From an uncultured Planctomycetaceae bacterium (GTDB lineage: Bacteria; Planctomycetota; Planctomycetia; Planctomycetales; Planctomycetaceae): 64,000 bases of DNA. The DNA lies in contig CAWFGE010000023.1 of the NCBI GenBank assembly GCA_963815195.1, positions 544,001-608,000 of the forward strand. The letters are read 5' to 3'. Each line of letters starts with the position of its first letter. The first letter of the stretch is position 1. Of the stretch, positions 42,580 to 54,270 are shown piece after piece. The notes under the pieces are model-generated. The model was not told where the DNA came from, made no database searches, and worked only from the letters and a program-made list of their open reading frames with translations. The position numbers and the translations under genes were made by a program.

Positions 42580-44466
42580 TCAAACTTTGACCGACTTTAA
42601 CGACGTCGCCGCCTGACGGAAGAAATCTTCGAGCGACGTGAGGCTCGGTTCCTCGAGGTCTTTGATGGTCAGAACCAGGACGGCGCGGCCTCTGCCGGCG
42701 AGCGCCAGTCGCGTGGCGACGAACTGCGCGAGGTGATGCTGCGCCGTGTAGTCGACCCTGGCAAGCCGCTCCTGCTTCTCGGAAAGTATCAAAGTCGAAA
42801 GGCTCCGGCCCGCGTCGGCAACGGTCTTTTGATCGGAGTGATCCGTGGCCGGCCCCTCATACACATCAGCCGGCATCTTCAATCTCGACCGGTACAGCCG
42901 TTCAGCGGAGCGATGGAGCGCCTTCAACAAGCTGCGTCCCCGTTGGGAATACCGCGTGTCTCCAAAGAAGGCCAGTTCCGCGTAGTCGATATGCTCCCCG
43001 GCGACCAGTGTCTTGACTATGGTTGCGTATGTGGCCGGTGCGTCGAGGACGCCGGTGTCAAGATCGATATCCACGGTGTCGTAGTAAAGGGTCACGCAAT
43101 TGCGGTGCTTCACCCGCCGGGGCGAAGTGACCATGGCGCGCCACTCCTCGGATTTTTCGACGCCGCCGATTTTCCGCGACCGTTGGTACAAGCGGTGACC
43201 GATCGATCCGCGCGACCCGGCATTCGCCGGGGCGACGAACTTCAGGTCGCGCAAGTAAGCCATTCCGAACACGGTGTAGTGAATAAATTGCATGAAGGCC
43301 GATAGCGGCGTGCCCACCGGCAGAGTCAGCGACGCCACCGGGTATCCGGAGCGGCGCAACAAACCGGTCTTGTCAGGTCCGTCGCTTGGAATACCGCGTA
43401 GCTTCAGGGCCAGGAAGGCGCGGTCCTGAACTGCCTCCTTCGGCGATTTGTAGTTGGCGAGTGTGATCTTGTTCTCCAGGACGATCTTCAGGCGAAACAA
43501 TTCGCTTTGGCACAGGCATTCCTCGAAATTCTGCTTCGTCCAGGCGCCGATTCCAGACCAGACCTTCGGCAGAACGAGGGTGATTTTGTTATGTCCGGCG
43601 AGGGCCTGAGCATGAAGAAACGCCGCCAGGCGCCAAGCGGAGTCTACCTGCTCATTCCGGAGCGCCGTGCCGTCCATCCATTGGGTGAGATCAACCTTTG
43701 ATAATCCGAGCGGATAAAGGCTTCCGCGGCTCAGCGGTCCGCCGTGTCTCCCGGCGAGCGAATTCCCATCGTCTAGCTGGAGTGGCACGATCCGGTAATC
43801 ACGCTTGACAGCCCACTTCTCCAGCGCCGACTCCGGCGGGGCCAGGCACATGACATTGGCTTGTTCCTTGACCTTGCACTTGTCATAGAGCGCCGCCAGT
43901 TTCCGCAGGTTGATCACCGGCTCCCACGATGTCATGCCCATCGCCATCCCCACGACCAGCGTGCATCGAAGCGCATCGGCCAAGCGCATCCCGGAGCGGC
44001 GCACGATATCCTCGAGAATGTACTTGAGTTTCGCTGGATCCGTCGAATCCAACACGTAACAGCGGGGGCTCCGGTTCAACAGGCCGACCGCGTTGTACAT
44101 CGCTATGTCCTCAGCCGAACCTCCCGCTCCGGCCCAAATCAGGAACCGAAGCCGGCATCCGTGCGTGTCCTTGATTCGAGCCCGAATCTCATTCAATTCC
44201 GCCGCGATCGTTCCCGGCCATTCCGGATGGTCAGGCGCCTGCCAGCCCAGGTTGAAGACGCCAAGCCCGCTTCTGACAACCTTCCCGCCCACGTCCAATT
44301 CCATTCCTATAGGGATTAGCCTGTCCATTTGCGGGTCCAGCGTTTCCGGGCCCTTGAGACGCGCCAGTCTGTCGATCGCCTTGAGGCGCGTCAAAACATG
44401 TTCCTTCTGAAATGTCGAATAATAGGATTCAGAGGCCGGATTATCGTGGAACAACGATAAGATCAC
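42580..44466 (-). CDS. Glucose-6-phosphate isomerase-like (SIS fold) protein with degenerate motifs
   Basis: LIWAGAGGS, VLDSTDPA, GMTSWEP, AGRH, KQNFEECL and GP..HS resemble PGI motifs. Confidence 0.6.
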   Translation of the reverse strand: MILSLFHDNPASESYYSTFQKEHVLTRLKAIDRLARLKGPETLDPQMDRLIPIGMELDVGGKVVRSGLGVFNLGWQAPDHPEWPGTIAAELNEIRARIKDTHGCRLRFLIWAGAGGSAEDIAMYNAVGLLNRSPRCYVLDSTDPAKLKYILEDIVRRSGMRLADALRCTLVVGMAMGMTSWEPVINLRKLAALYDKCKVKEQANVMCLAPPESALEKWAVKRDYRIVPLQLDDGNSLAGRHGGPLSRGSLYPLGLSKVDLTQWMDGTALRNEQVDSAWRLAAFLHAQALAGHNKITLVLPKVWSGIGAWTKQNFEECLCQSELFRLKIVLENKITLANYKSPKEAVQDRAFLALKLRGIPSDGPDKTGLLRRSGYPVASLTLPVGTPLSAFMQFIHYTVFGMAYLRDLKFVAPANAGSRGSIGHRLYQRSRKIGGVEKSEEWRAMVTSPRRVKHRNCVTLYYDTVDIDLDTGVLDAPATYATIVKTLVAGEHIDYAELAFFGDTRYSQRGRSLLKALHRSAERLYRSRLKMPADVYEGPATDHSDQKTVADAGRSLSTLILSEKQERLARVDYTAQHHLAQFVATRLALAGRGRAVLVLTIKDLEEPSLTSLEDFFRQAATSLKSVKV

Positions 44467-44584
44467 TCCCTCGTTTTATCATAGGAAGGCAAAACATGCC
44501 GGGAATTTTGTGCGCGCTCCCCGCCATCGCCGACCAGATGCCAGCGCGCCTGCCTTCTTCGTAGAATGAGATTGTAGGCGTTTT

Positions 44585-46723
44585 ATGGCCCTCGCGGGAT
44601 CCAGTAGCGGCGTCCGGAGTAGTTCGGAGCCGGTCGATACCTTCTTCCAGTTTTCTCTGCTCGGGCTGGTCGCCAGCGGGTACTTCGCCGTCGCCGGTTC
44701 CGGGTACCTGGATCTATTGACGACGGTTGCGGCCGGTACGGCGATCCTCGTAAAGACGCTGCTGGTGGTGACGGGCCGCAGCGTTCCTCTTGACGAACGC
44801 TGGGTCACTGCTCTGACAATCGCCTATATCGGATTCTACCCGGTGGACTACCTGTTCCTCTCCAAGGAGTTTCTCCCGGCCACGGTTCATCTGGTTCTCT
44901 TCCTGGCGGTGGTGAAGATTCTCACCGCCAGGACCGGGAGGGATCACCTCTATGTTGTAGTCGTGGCGTTCCTGGAGATTCTGGCCGCTTCCCTGTTGTC
45001 CTCCCGGCTGAACTACTTCTTCTTCCTGGCCCTTTTTCTTCTGTTTGCCGTTTCGACGTTCGCAAGCTGGGAGATTCGCCGGGGCTGCCGCGACCAGCGT
45101 GTCGTGGCCGGCAAGAAAGCCGGAACGCTGTCCTGGCGGCTCGCCGGGCTGACCGTTGTCATCTCTTTTGGCGTGCTGCTATTCACGGCCGGTCTCTTTT
45201 TCATCCTGCCCCGGACTGCGCGCGCGGCCTTTGAACACCTGGCGCCGGAACGCTTTCACATCAGCGCCTTCTCGAACGATGTGACGCTCGGCGCGATCGG
45301 GGAGGTGAAGCAGCAGTCCACCGTGCTGATGCACGTACGGATTCCCAATGCCAACGGCTTGCTGCAACTGAAGTGGCGAGGAAACGCGCTGGCGGAGTTC
45401 GATGGGAAACGTTGGTTCAACTCGAATGACCGAGGAAAGCCCCTGCGGGTTCAGAGCAGACAGCTTCGCCTGGCCGACGACGATCAGCGCCGCCGGACCG
45501 GCCGCCGTCTGAACTATGAGGTGCAACTGAAGTCGTTTGCCTCGGATTCGCTCTTCATCGCCGGACAACCGGAGTTCATTCGAATCGACTCGCCATTGGT
45601 AATCCGCACGGACGAAGACAGTTTTCGCGTCGGCTTCCGGTCCACGCGCGTTCTCCGCTACGGTGTGCTTTCGTATCTGGATGAAGCCGCTCCCAAGGCC
45701 GGTTCTCAAGCGCCCGAACTCCCGGCCGGCGCCCGGCGGCGGTACCTGCAACTTCCCGATCTCGACGCCCGCATCGAGTCTCTGGCCCGGCGCCTGACCC
45801 GCGGTATTCCCGGAGAGTTCGAGCGGGCCCGCGAGATCCAGCTCTATTTACAGGGACAGTATTCCTACAGCCTGACGCTACCCGAGGTCGAAGCCGCCGA
45901 TCCGATCGCCCATTTTCTGTTCGAGCGCCGCCGCGGGCACTGCGAGTATTTCGCTTCCGCGATGGCGGTGATGCTACGCAGTATTGGGACGCCAGCCCGG
46001 GTCGCGACTGGGTTTCAGAGCGGCACGTTCAATCCGATCAGCGGCTGGCACGTGATCCGCGCCTCTGACGCTCACAGTTGGGTGGAAGCGTGGCTGCCCT
46101 CGCGCGGTTGGACCACCTTTGATCCCACCCCACCAGATCCTTCCCTGGCACGGATGAGCCTTTGGTCCCGTGCCGGTTTGCTCTTCGACGCCGCGGACAC
46201 GTTCTGGCAGGAGTGGGTGCTGAGTTACGATCTGGCCCGCCAACTGACTTTGGCTACACGCATGGAGAAATCCCGCCAGCGAATGTCGTTTGGCTGGCTC
46301 GGCGGAGCGTCCGGTGCCTGGCGTGAGCTGCGGGCCAACGTGCTGGCCAGTCTCAAGACGTACGCTCCCGGTTTGGTTGCCGGGATCCTGAGCGTGATTT
46401 TGCTTGGCTTTGCGTTCCCAAGATTTTGGTTTTGGTGGAATGGCCGGGAGCAGTCCCGGCGGCTCCAGCGAGGAGAGGTCCGCTCCAGCGATGCGACCGT
46501 TATGTACGGAAGGGCGCTGGAGATATTGAAGAGGCGCGGGTTTGACAAGCCGGCCTGGATCACTCCAATGGAGTTTGCCGGGCAGATGTCCGGTGCGAAT
46601 CTCGCCGGCGTGATCGCCCGCCTGACCACCGCCTACAACGACCTGCGATTCGGAGGCCGAACCGAAGCCGCTCCCCGGATGATGGCTTTGCTCGGTGAGC
46701 TGGAACGGAAGTTGAAAGCCTGA
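44585..46723 (+). CDS. Transglutaminase TgpA-family membrane protein (DUF3488 + transglutaminase-like + DUF4129)
   Basis: N-terminal multi-TM region; GHCEYFASAM, R...GF, AHSWVE, W..FDPTP; TP.EFA...Y...RFG. Confidence 0.9.
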   Translation: MALAGSSSGVRSSSEPVDTFFQFSLLGLVASGYFAVAGSGYLDLLTTVAAGTAILVKTLLVVTGRSVPLDERWVTALTIAYIGFYPVDYLFLSKEFLPATVHLVLFLAVVKILTARTGRDHLYVVVVAFLEILAASLLSSRLNYFFFLALFLLFAVSTFASWEIRRGCRDQRVVAGKKAGTLSWRLAGLTVVISFGVLLFTAGLFFILPRTARAAFEHLAPERFHISAFSNDVTLGAIGEVKQQSTVLMHVRIPNANGLLQLKWRGNALAEFDGKRWFNSNDRGKPLRVQSRQLRLADDDQRRRTGRRLNYEVQLKSFASDSLFIAGQPEFIRIDSPLVIRTDEDSFRVGFRSTRVLRYGVLSYLDEAAPKAGSQAPELPAGARRRYLQLPDLDARIESLARRLTRGIPGEFERAREIQLYLQGQYSYSLTLPEVEAADPIAHFLFERRRGHCEYFASAMAVMLRSIGTPARVATGFQSGTFNPISGWHVIRASDAHSWVEAWLPSRGWTTFDPTPPDPSLARMSLWSRAGLLFDAADTFWQEWVLSYDLARQLTLATRMEKSRQRMSFGWLGGASGAWRELRANVLASLKTYAPGLVAGILSVILLGFAFPRFWFWWNGREQSRRLQRGEVRSSDATVMYGRALEILKRRGFDKPAWITPMEFAGQMSGANLAGVIARLTTAYNDLRFGGRTEAAPRMMALLGELERKLKA

Positions 46724-46850
46724 ACCGTCCGGAAATACTCAGTCATCGGTACTGAGTCCGGCACGGCTCCCTCCCAGACCGGATTGATCTTCAACGAATA
46801 CGGGAATAAGCGCTTTGGGATACAGCCTGCCCTGGGCTTGTGAGTAGCGC

Positions 46851-49186
46851 CTACTGGTAGAGATACGGGGCGATGTGTCTCACCTCTTTCATCGAGGCGG
46901 CCTCTTCCAGCTTATTGATTGGCAGCCAGCCGATCAGAACCTTGGCGATTTTCGGCTCCACGATCACCTTGAAGCCGAGGCTCTTCAAACGGGCGAGTAA
47001 GCCGAGGGTTGGTTCCGCGAGCCAGATCTCGACTGCCACCTTTCCGCTCAAAACCTTGACGCCGGTTTGCGGGTGTCCCACTGCGAGTTGGGCGAGTCTG
47101 GGGTCGAGTTTCCGCGCTGAGGATTCACTCTGGCGTATTGGTTCTTCAAGCTGGGCCGGCATCGCGGCGTCCTTCACCATACTTCGTTGCGGGAATGCCC
47201 CGGCGGCAATGCTCATTTTCCCCACTGCAGCCCGGCTAAGCGCTTCATCCCTCTCGCCGAAGACGCCTTCGTAGTTGACCCCTTCTGGCATTTCGACTGG
47301 CACCTCGATCCGGCGCGGCCGGCCGCCTTCGGTCACGATAGTCTCCTCAACCGCCACGAACGAGGTGAACTGCGTCATCAGGCGGAACTCCAGACCAAGT
47401 CTGGTTATGGACTCGCGGACATCGGGCGATGGGTTTCCGTTTTGGACGCCGTTCCAATCCTTCGCCATCAGGTCTGCCGATCTTCCGCCGCGCCCATAGC
47501 GTGGCCAGGACGTCGTGACCGGATTCGTCCGCCGGGAGGTCCACCGGGATAGTTCGCACAATGCCTTGCCCCGACATCTTGCCGCGCAAACGGATCGCGC
47601 CGCGGGCCGGTCCGCTGTAGCGTCCGGAGACGACTACTGGCTTGGCGGTGAAAAGATCCGGCACTTTCGCGGGGTAAATATCGCTGACGGGCAGCCCGCC
47701 CCAGTCGATCTCGACATCGGTAAGCAGAGGGTTCCGGATGCGCTCATGGAAGCGCCGGGCCGCCGCCGAGCCGTCGTCGTTCAATGCGACGTACTCGACT
47801 TCGCCGCGGCTCGTCTCAGCCATCTTATCGAGCAGGAACCGGTTAACCGAACTGCCGACGCCGAAAGAGAAGACCCTGGCGTTGGAGTGGTTCCGGATCT
47901 CGCCGAGAATCTCCATGTCGTTGCCCACGTAGCCGTCTGTCATAAAGCAGACGATTCGGATGTGGTCCTGCTGGTCCGAGGGCTCGAGCGACATGCGAAT
48001 GGCCTTCATCATCTCGGTGCCGCCGCCACCGCTTCGGCGATCTTAGAAACTCCTGCGCTGCCAGAATATTCGCATCGCTCGCTGGAACCGGTTCCGGGAA
48101 GAGCACGTGCGTGTCTCCGGCGAACGTGATCAGATTGAAGGTATCCCGCGGATACATTCCATTGAGCGCCAAGCCGATCACCTCTTTCGCTTTCTCAATG
48201 GGGAAGCCGGACATCGAGCCGGAGGTGTCCAGCACGAAGACCAGTTCCTTCGGAGTGACGTCCTCGACGGTTACTCGCTCCGGTGGTTGGAGAATCAACG
48301 TGAAGAAGCCGCCGCGAGCGTCATGGTGCGCCAGAACGGCGTCCTCCACCTTCGGGCCGGCGACGTCGTAGGTCAGAATGAAGTCTTTGTTGGGAATCGT
48401 GGCGTTCTGCCGGAGCCGGATCGCGGCGCCGCTGGTTCCACTGCGTTCCACGTCGACATCGTGGGTCTTCGACTCGATGCTATCGACCGGGACGCCCGCA
48501 TCGAGCTTCACCTGAATTGAGATATCGTGACCGGCGCGCATGCCCGGTTTCATGATCGGCGGCGTGATCGTCGAAGCATCCGGGACGGCTCCTCTCGGGT
48601 TGTAGCGCGGTCCAACCACCATCGGGAAGGAAAATTCGTAGCGTCCCTCTTCGTACTTCAGGGTCCCCACGTAGCTGATCGTGATCTCGACTGTTTCGCC
48701 TGGCGGGATGTTAGCCACAGACTGTGTAAAGATGTTCGGGCGCTCCTGATCGAGCAGAGACGCCAGGTGTCCCGCGGCTTTTGCCGCTTCGTAGATCGCC
48801 CGTGCCTCCTCGCGCCGCTTTATCTTGCCTTTGACGGTCCGGTCTCCGATCTTCATCGTCATGTCGTCGACCGCCGCCTGCTGGGGCAAGGGGAAAACGT
48901 ACACGGCTTCGATAGCTTCAGCAAATGTGTTTTCAAACTGCTGGACCACCGTCACTCGGGCCAGGAACCCACTGACTTCGGCATTCATGTCCGTGTGCCG
49001 CAGGGGGCAACTTGCGCCGGGCCTGCCTTCCTTGTCCAGACTCATCAACGCGCCCTGCGATACGCCGCCCGCGTTCGCGGCATAGGCCACGGTTGCCGGG
49101 CCATCAACGAAAGAACAAATCAAGGCGGCCACCGCTGCGAATGCGAACAGAGCTCTTCCGCGGCGTTTTTCAGTCTCACTTTTCAT
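46851..49186 (-). CDS. VIT and vWA domain-containing exported protein (frameshifts ~48035 and ~47480)
   Basis: V.Q.F.N...EAVYVFPLP, ASLLDQERPNIF, FVLDTSGSMSG (MIDAS), FMTDGY, TQFTSFVAV. Confidence 0.9.
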
Positions 49187-49396
49187 TTCGGTATCCTCCC
49201 CAGCCGGCGTTGCTACGCGCGGCCAATGAATATTCATTCACTGAGGAAATGCCGTGATGAAGGGGATCCTTTCAACCGGGACTTTTCGGACCACGCAAGG
49301 AGACAATTGATGGTGCGGAGGGTGGGGCAAGATATACAATACACGCAGGCGCGTCGTGTCGGCGACGCGCCTGCGCATATGTTCGCGCGCGAATGT

Positions 49397-50026
49397 CTAC
49401 CCGCTAGCGTTCACCCGCACGCTGATTCCGCCGTTCTCAGGCGAAAACTCATCCAGCGCTGTCGACCCGGTCATCTCGGCGTGGATCGCCGAAAACTTCC
49501 AGCCCGAAGCGTGCAAAGCAATGACTGTTTCCGGCCGTACGGCGTAATGGCCGGAGATGAATCTCAAGTTCACGAGGTTGATGATGTCCTCGTCGGAGCT
49601 GGTTCGAGCGTCCCAGGTTTCAGGGATGTGCGATTCCCAGTTCGCGCCAGGCCCATCGGCCGGAGTTTCAATCGGCACGTGGAACGATTCCGGGCACAAG
49701 CTGAATACAGATATGATGTCGTGCCAGGATCGTCCAGAACGTCTGAGCGCTGCTACTTCGCAGGAACCGACTCCTGTATGCCGTGACACGTGCAGCACCA
49801 CCGGAATTTCGTCCCAGGGGATGCCGGATGCACGGATCCCTTCCAGCTCACTGCGCGAAGCCTGAAAATACTCACCCGTAGCGAGGAACAAATTACATTT
49901 TTCCTCCTCGTCGAATTCGGCGCCGAAACCCGAAGCGGCACGCCGCAACAGTAACGCCAAAAAGGGGAGTTCCGTACTCCGAGGACCCTGTTTCTGGAAA
50001 CGTGGAGCTTTATGTTGCGGCGTCAT
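49397..50026 (-). CDS. Hypothetical protein (possibly exported)
   Basis: ~210-aa ORF co-oriented with the ECF cluster; internally repeated ALR/H.SG..W/F..I helices. Confidence 0.55.
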   Translation of the reverse strand: MTPQHKAPRFQKQGPRSTELPFLALLLRRAASGFGAEFDEEEKCNLFLATGEYFQASRSELEGIRASGIPWDEIPVVLHVSRHTGVGSCEVAALRRSGRSWHDIISVFSLCPESFHVPIETPADGPGANWESHIPETWDARTSSDEDIINLVNLRFISGHYAVRPETVIALHASGWKFSAIHAEMTGSTALDEFSPENGGISVRVNASG

Positions 50027-50172
50027 GTGTCCCCACACAAAGGGATTCTTGAGTGCTCTTATTCCCGAGGGTAACCTCACGCTGCCTTGGTAATAACTGG
50101 GGGCGACCCCTGTATGGCGAGGAGTAATCCCTAGGCTGGAACACTTATGAAGACGGAGCGTATGAGCAAGGA

Positions 50173-51297
50173 CTATCGATAGCGGATTGCAATGTCCGCC
50201 GATACTTGGGCGGCGGACTCATCAAGCTGGCCGTTCGCGCCTGCCTGGGATAGAGAGAGAGGTTGCGTCGAGAACAGCGCTTTCAGCCTGCGCTCTCCGC
50301 CCTTTGCCGGCGGCGGCAAGGGAACCACGGACCATTGGCCGCGAACCGCCGGTCCGCTGTAAATCAGACGCCATGGACCCGCGGGCGTCTGTTCCGCCAC
50401 GTAGAGTTGTCCGTCCCGCGGGCTGCGGAGGCGGAGGCGTACGGCATCCGCCAACCCAACCGGGTCTTCCGGGTCCAGAGCAACGAAGGAGCCATCTCGA
50501 GACCGGATCTCCACGGAATAGGGCAGCGCTTCGCCCGCGCCCCGTCCCCGGGCCGCCGGGCGCGAGAAAGCGGGCGCTCCTGGCACTGCACCGAACGCGC
50601 CGGTCTGGGGTGAACGCATAGGCTCAGCTTGTGTTCGCGGCTCCGCCCCGGCCATTTTCATGCGGCTGGGCTCAGGTTGGGCGAGGTCCGCTTCTGCATC
50701 TCTCGTGGCCATCTCGCGCTCCGGTTTATCCACCTGGACGTTCACGTCCCGATGCGCGAGAGCGGGCGGTTCCGGGATGCCGTCTATCATTGGCGGCGGC
50801 GCGAGGATCTCCGCCGGTGGGGCCGCCAGCCCCGACGCTTCCGCCGGCTCTTGCTCCTTTGGCGTTTCTGGCGCCGTTCGCGATTCCAATTTTGCGGCCG
50901 GAGCTTCGGCGCGCTCTTCCTGCATTCCTTCCGGCTCGGGCGCGGATTGTCTCATCGCCACCACTTCGACGGCTGGCGGCGGGCCTTCGCGCTGATAGAG
51001 AATGACAAACGCCAGCGCCACCGCCGCGACACCGCCGGTCAAGACGAGAGGCAGCGGCCGCCGCCACCAGGCCGCTACTTTCTCGCCCAACGGCCTCGTT
51101 TGATCGGCTAATCCGGCCGCCAAGTCCCGGCGATAGCGGGGATCGGCCAGCAGTTCGCGCAACGCCTCTTCATCGGCCAGGGCGTCGAAGATCTCCTGAT
51201 TCTCCAGGGCAGCTGAAAAGAGCGCCTTCCGCTCCTCTTCGGTAAGCGAACCGGTGGCGTATCCTCCAAGCAGCATCCGGATTTCCTCCGGTTTCAT
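50173..51297 (-). CDS. Putative anti-sigma factor (N-terminal anti-sigma helix, TM, Pro/Ala linker, C-terminal beta domain)
   Basis: LLGGYATGSLTEEER..L; TM LVLTGGVAAVALAFVILY; overlaps the ECF sigma stop (ATGA). Confidence 0.7.
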   Translation of the reverse strand: MKPEEIRMLLGGYATGSLTEEERKALFSAALENQEIFDALADEEALRELLADPRYRRDLAAGLADQTRPLGEKVAAWWRRPLPLVLTGGVAAVALAFVILYQREGPPPAVEVVAMRQSAPEPEGMQEERAEAPAAKLESRTAPETPKEQEPAEASGLAAPPAEILAPPPMIDGIPEPPALAHRDVNVQVDKPEREMATRDAEADLAQPEPSRMKMAGAEPRTQAEPMRSPQTGAFGAVPGAPAFSRPAARGRGAGEALPYSVEIRSRDGSFVALDPEDPVGLADAVRLRLRSPRDGQLYVAEQTPAGPWRLIYSGPAVRGQWSVVPLPPPAKGGERRLKALFSTQPLSLSQAGANGQLDESAAQVSADIAIRYR

Positions 51298-51812
51298 CGG
51301 TTCACCTCCCATCCGCCGCCCATCAAATCGAGCAGCCGCTTCCGGCAGCGAAAATCCCAGGTGTACACCGTGTTGAGGGAGCCCGCTCCCAGTATGTTCT
51401 GGATTTCCGGAAACGTCCGCCCTTCGAGTTTCAGCCGGAACATCTCACGGCACCGCCCGTCCAGCTTCGAGAGAGCCGCCCGAAGACGTTCCCGCGCCTG
51501 ATTCCGTTCCGCCGCCGCTTCCGGATCCTCGCCCGGGTCCGGGAGGGGCAAGTCCTCGACCGCGACCTGCCTGCCCTCGCCACGACGCGCCGCCTTCCGA
51601 CGCAGACTCATCAACTTGAACCGCACGATCTGAAAGCTCAACGGCAGCAGTTCGTCAAGACTCTCGACCTGGGAGTACTTCTCCTCCAGCACGATCAGCA
51701 CCTCTTGTGCCAGATCCTCAGCCACGTCCCTCTGTGTACGAGATGCCGCAAAAGCGACAATCCTTTCACGCAACTTCCCGAGAATCCAATTCCGGTCCGG
51801 CAACTCCCCCAT
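51294..51812 (-). CDS. ECF-type RNA polymerase sigma factor
   Basis: AEDLAQEV (region 2); L..L..RCREMF.L..EG.TF.EI...LG..SLNTV (region 4). Confidence 0.85.
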   Translation of the reverse strand: MGELPDRNWILGKLRERIVAFAASRTQRDVAEDLAQEVLIVLEEKYSQVESLDELLPLSFQIVRFKLMSLRRKAARRGEGRQVAVEDLPLPDPGEDPEAAAERNQARERLRAALSKLDGRCREMFRLKLEGRTFPEIQNILGAGSLNTVYTWDFRCRKRLLDLMGGGWEVNR

Positions 51813-51843
51813 TCTGAATCCTGAATCTTCCTGACTCCTCCTC

Positions 51844-53159
51844 CTACCAGGCCGCCACCGACCCATCCTCATGGAAAACCTGCCCCATCGGTTTCGTCCC
51901 TTCAAAAGGATACTTTTTAAAGGCGCCCTCGGACAGTTCGAATCCAAGTCCTGGCTTGTCCGGTAACGGGAATCGGCCATTCACCATCCGCATCGCGGGG
52001 AATCCGAGCCACTCCTCCCAGATCTTCTCCTTGTTTGTTGGTTCGACGCCGCTGCAGATTTCCTGGACCAGGAAGTTCGGCATCGCGGAATCGACGTGCA
52101 CCGTCGCCAGGCTTCCGATCGGGCCTTCACAAGCGTGCGGCGCCATCATGATGCCGGAGAAATCCGCCATCGCGGCGACCTTCCATAGCGCCGTGATCCC
52201 GCCCACGTGATTGATATCGGTTTGGAGAATGTCGACGACGCCCATGTCGATGAGCTGCTGGCACCCGTAATGCGCTACCATCCGCTCGCCGGTCGCTATC
52301 GGCGTGGTAGAGCGTTTCGAGATCCGTGCCATCGCCTTGAATGTTTTCCGGCGGGCACGGTTCCTCGACGAACATCAAATTCAATGGCTCGACTTCCCGG
52401 ACGATGATCGCCGCCACGCTGGGGCTTGTCTTCGCGTGGAAGTCGACCCCGATGTCGATGTCCGGTCCGAGGCCCTCCCGCATTCTCTCGATACCCTTCA
52501 CGGCGTTCGTGATTTTCGCGTCGGTCTCTATCCACTCGTATTGACCCGGGATGCCGGTCTTCACCGCCGTTACACCGAGTTCGTCCGCCTGCTCCCGCAA
52601 ATCGCCGCAGCTGCTCCATCGTTCCAGCGCGGGCATGGTAGTAGCCGCGGACGCCGCGCTGGTCGAAGGGTCCGCCGAGCATCTTATAGACCGGCATCCC
52701 GAGGATCTTGCCGCGAAGGTCCCACAGCGCCTGATCGATACCCGCGATCGCCGATCCCATCACCGGCCCGGCCCGATAGAAGCTGTGAATATACATCGAT
52801 TGCCAGATATGTTCGACCTGCACGGGGTCGGCGCCGATCAATAACTCGCGAAAATCCTGAATACATTCGATCACCGCGCCCGCTTTCCCTTCGAGTGTCG
52901 CCTCCCCCCAACCGATCAAGCCTTCGTTCGTCTCAAGCTTCACAAAGACGTAGGGCCGGTCCGATCCTTTTTCCAGGTCACGCCGAAGGACTTGACGTTG
53001 CTGAGGCGCACCTTGGATCCGAGCCCGTCGAATGCGCCCGCGCCAACCGGGGCGCGCCGTCTGAGGCGCGAACGCACAGCCGCAAAAATCGCCGGTCGCG
53101 GCGGCCCGACCCGTGACTGCCGCTCCCGCAATGCCGTTAAAGAAGTCCCGCCGTCTCAT
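51844..53159 (-). CDS. Mandelate racemase/galactonate dehydratase family enzyme with twin-Arg leader (several frameshifts)
   Basis: MRRRDF; GWGEATLEG, AIAGIDQALWDL.GK..G.PVY.MLGG, DFH, EEP, ATGER, LQTD..H.GGI, APH, P..PGLG. Confidence 0.88.
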
Positions 53160-54227
53160 GCCATCTCCTCCGAGTACTTATTGACCGCGTCGAGGTCCAC
53201 CTCGATGCCCAGCCCGGGTCCGCGGGGCAGTTTCGCGAAGCCATCCTCCACCACTTCCACCGAACCGCCGGTAATCGCCGCCCTCATCTCCCGATCCCGA
53301 TCACTCGACGGAAACGGGATCTGCTGGATGAAGAAGTTCGGGATGCTCGCCGCGAGTTGCAGCGCCGCGGCGGTCGCCACCGGCCCGCCGTCATGGAACG
53401 GAGCCACCGCCGTGTAATAGGTTTCCGCCATCGCCGCCAAACGCCGGATACCCATGATTCCATGCAGAACGATGTCCGGGCGCAAAATATCGATCAGCCC
53501 TTCGCGCAGCAGGTCTTGAAAGGGGCCGCCATCGGTGAATTCACGGCCAAACCCGAGCGGCGCCACACTCTCCTCGGAGATCTTTCGGATCGTCGCCATG
53601 TTGGAAACCTCGCAAGGCTCATCGATCCAAAGCGGGTGCATCCGCTCGATGGCCGCCGCCACGTTGGCCGCCTGCCCGGGGGTGAGCGCCGCCGCCGCAT
53701 CGAGGACGAAATCGTGTCCGCTCCCGGCGGCGGTTCGCAGCGACTCCAGCCGGGCTTGCAGCTGACTTGACGAACGCGTCCTGCCGCATAATCTCAGTTT
53801 TGATTTCAGGCAGCGGAACCGCGAACGCCCTATAGCCGGCCGCCATGCCGCTCCGCATTTCCGCTTCGAGAGCCGATTCCGTCGCGCCGCCGATCCGCGC
53901 CAACGCCCGCGCCTTGTTCCGCGTCGGCCCGCCCAATAGCTGGTAAACGGGCACTCCGGCAATCTTGGCGCTGATGTCGAGCAGCGCCATATCCACCGCG
54001 GCCCTCACCCGGGGCTGTGCCGCCAATTCCTTTCGAATCGGTTCGATCGCCGTCGCCGGTTTCTCCAGGATCGAGATCCCCTGCATTTCGGATTGCGGAA
54101 CTGGCCCGCATTCGCCAAAACCGGTGACGCCGGTGTTGGTCTCGATTCGCAGCAACGTATAGGCGCGTTGCGAGTCCGGTTCGCGAACCCGCCGCCAGTC
54201 GATACTCCGCACAATGGGATCAGCCAT
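53156..54227 (-). CDS. Second mandelate racemase/muconate lactonizing enzyme family protein (frameshift ~53765)
   Basis: G.GE, AAVDMALLDI.AK.AGVPVYQLLGG, WIDEP, DILRPD, GPGLG. Confidence 0.85.
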
Positions 54228-54270
54228 AGTGCATCCAATATACCGCCTCAGTCTGTGATAAATTAGCGCC

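Noticed and set aside
46726..46766. Hairpin ACTCAGT-N7-ACTGAGT between convergent genes
   Set aside because: Short stem without a U tract; insufficient to call a terminator or ncRNA
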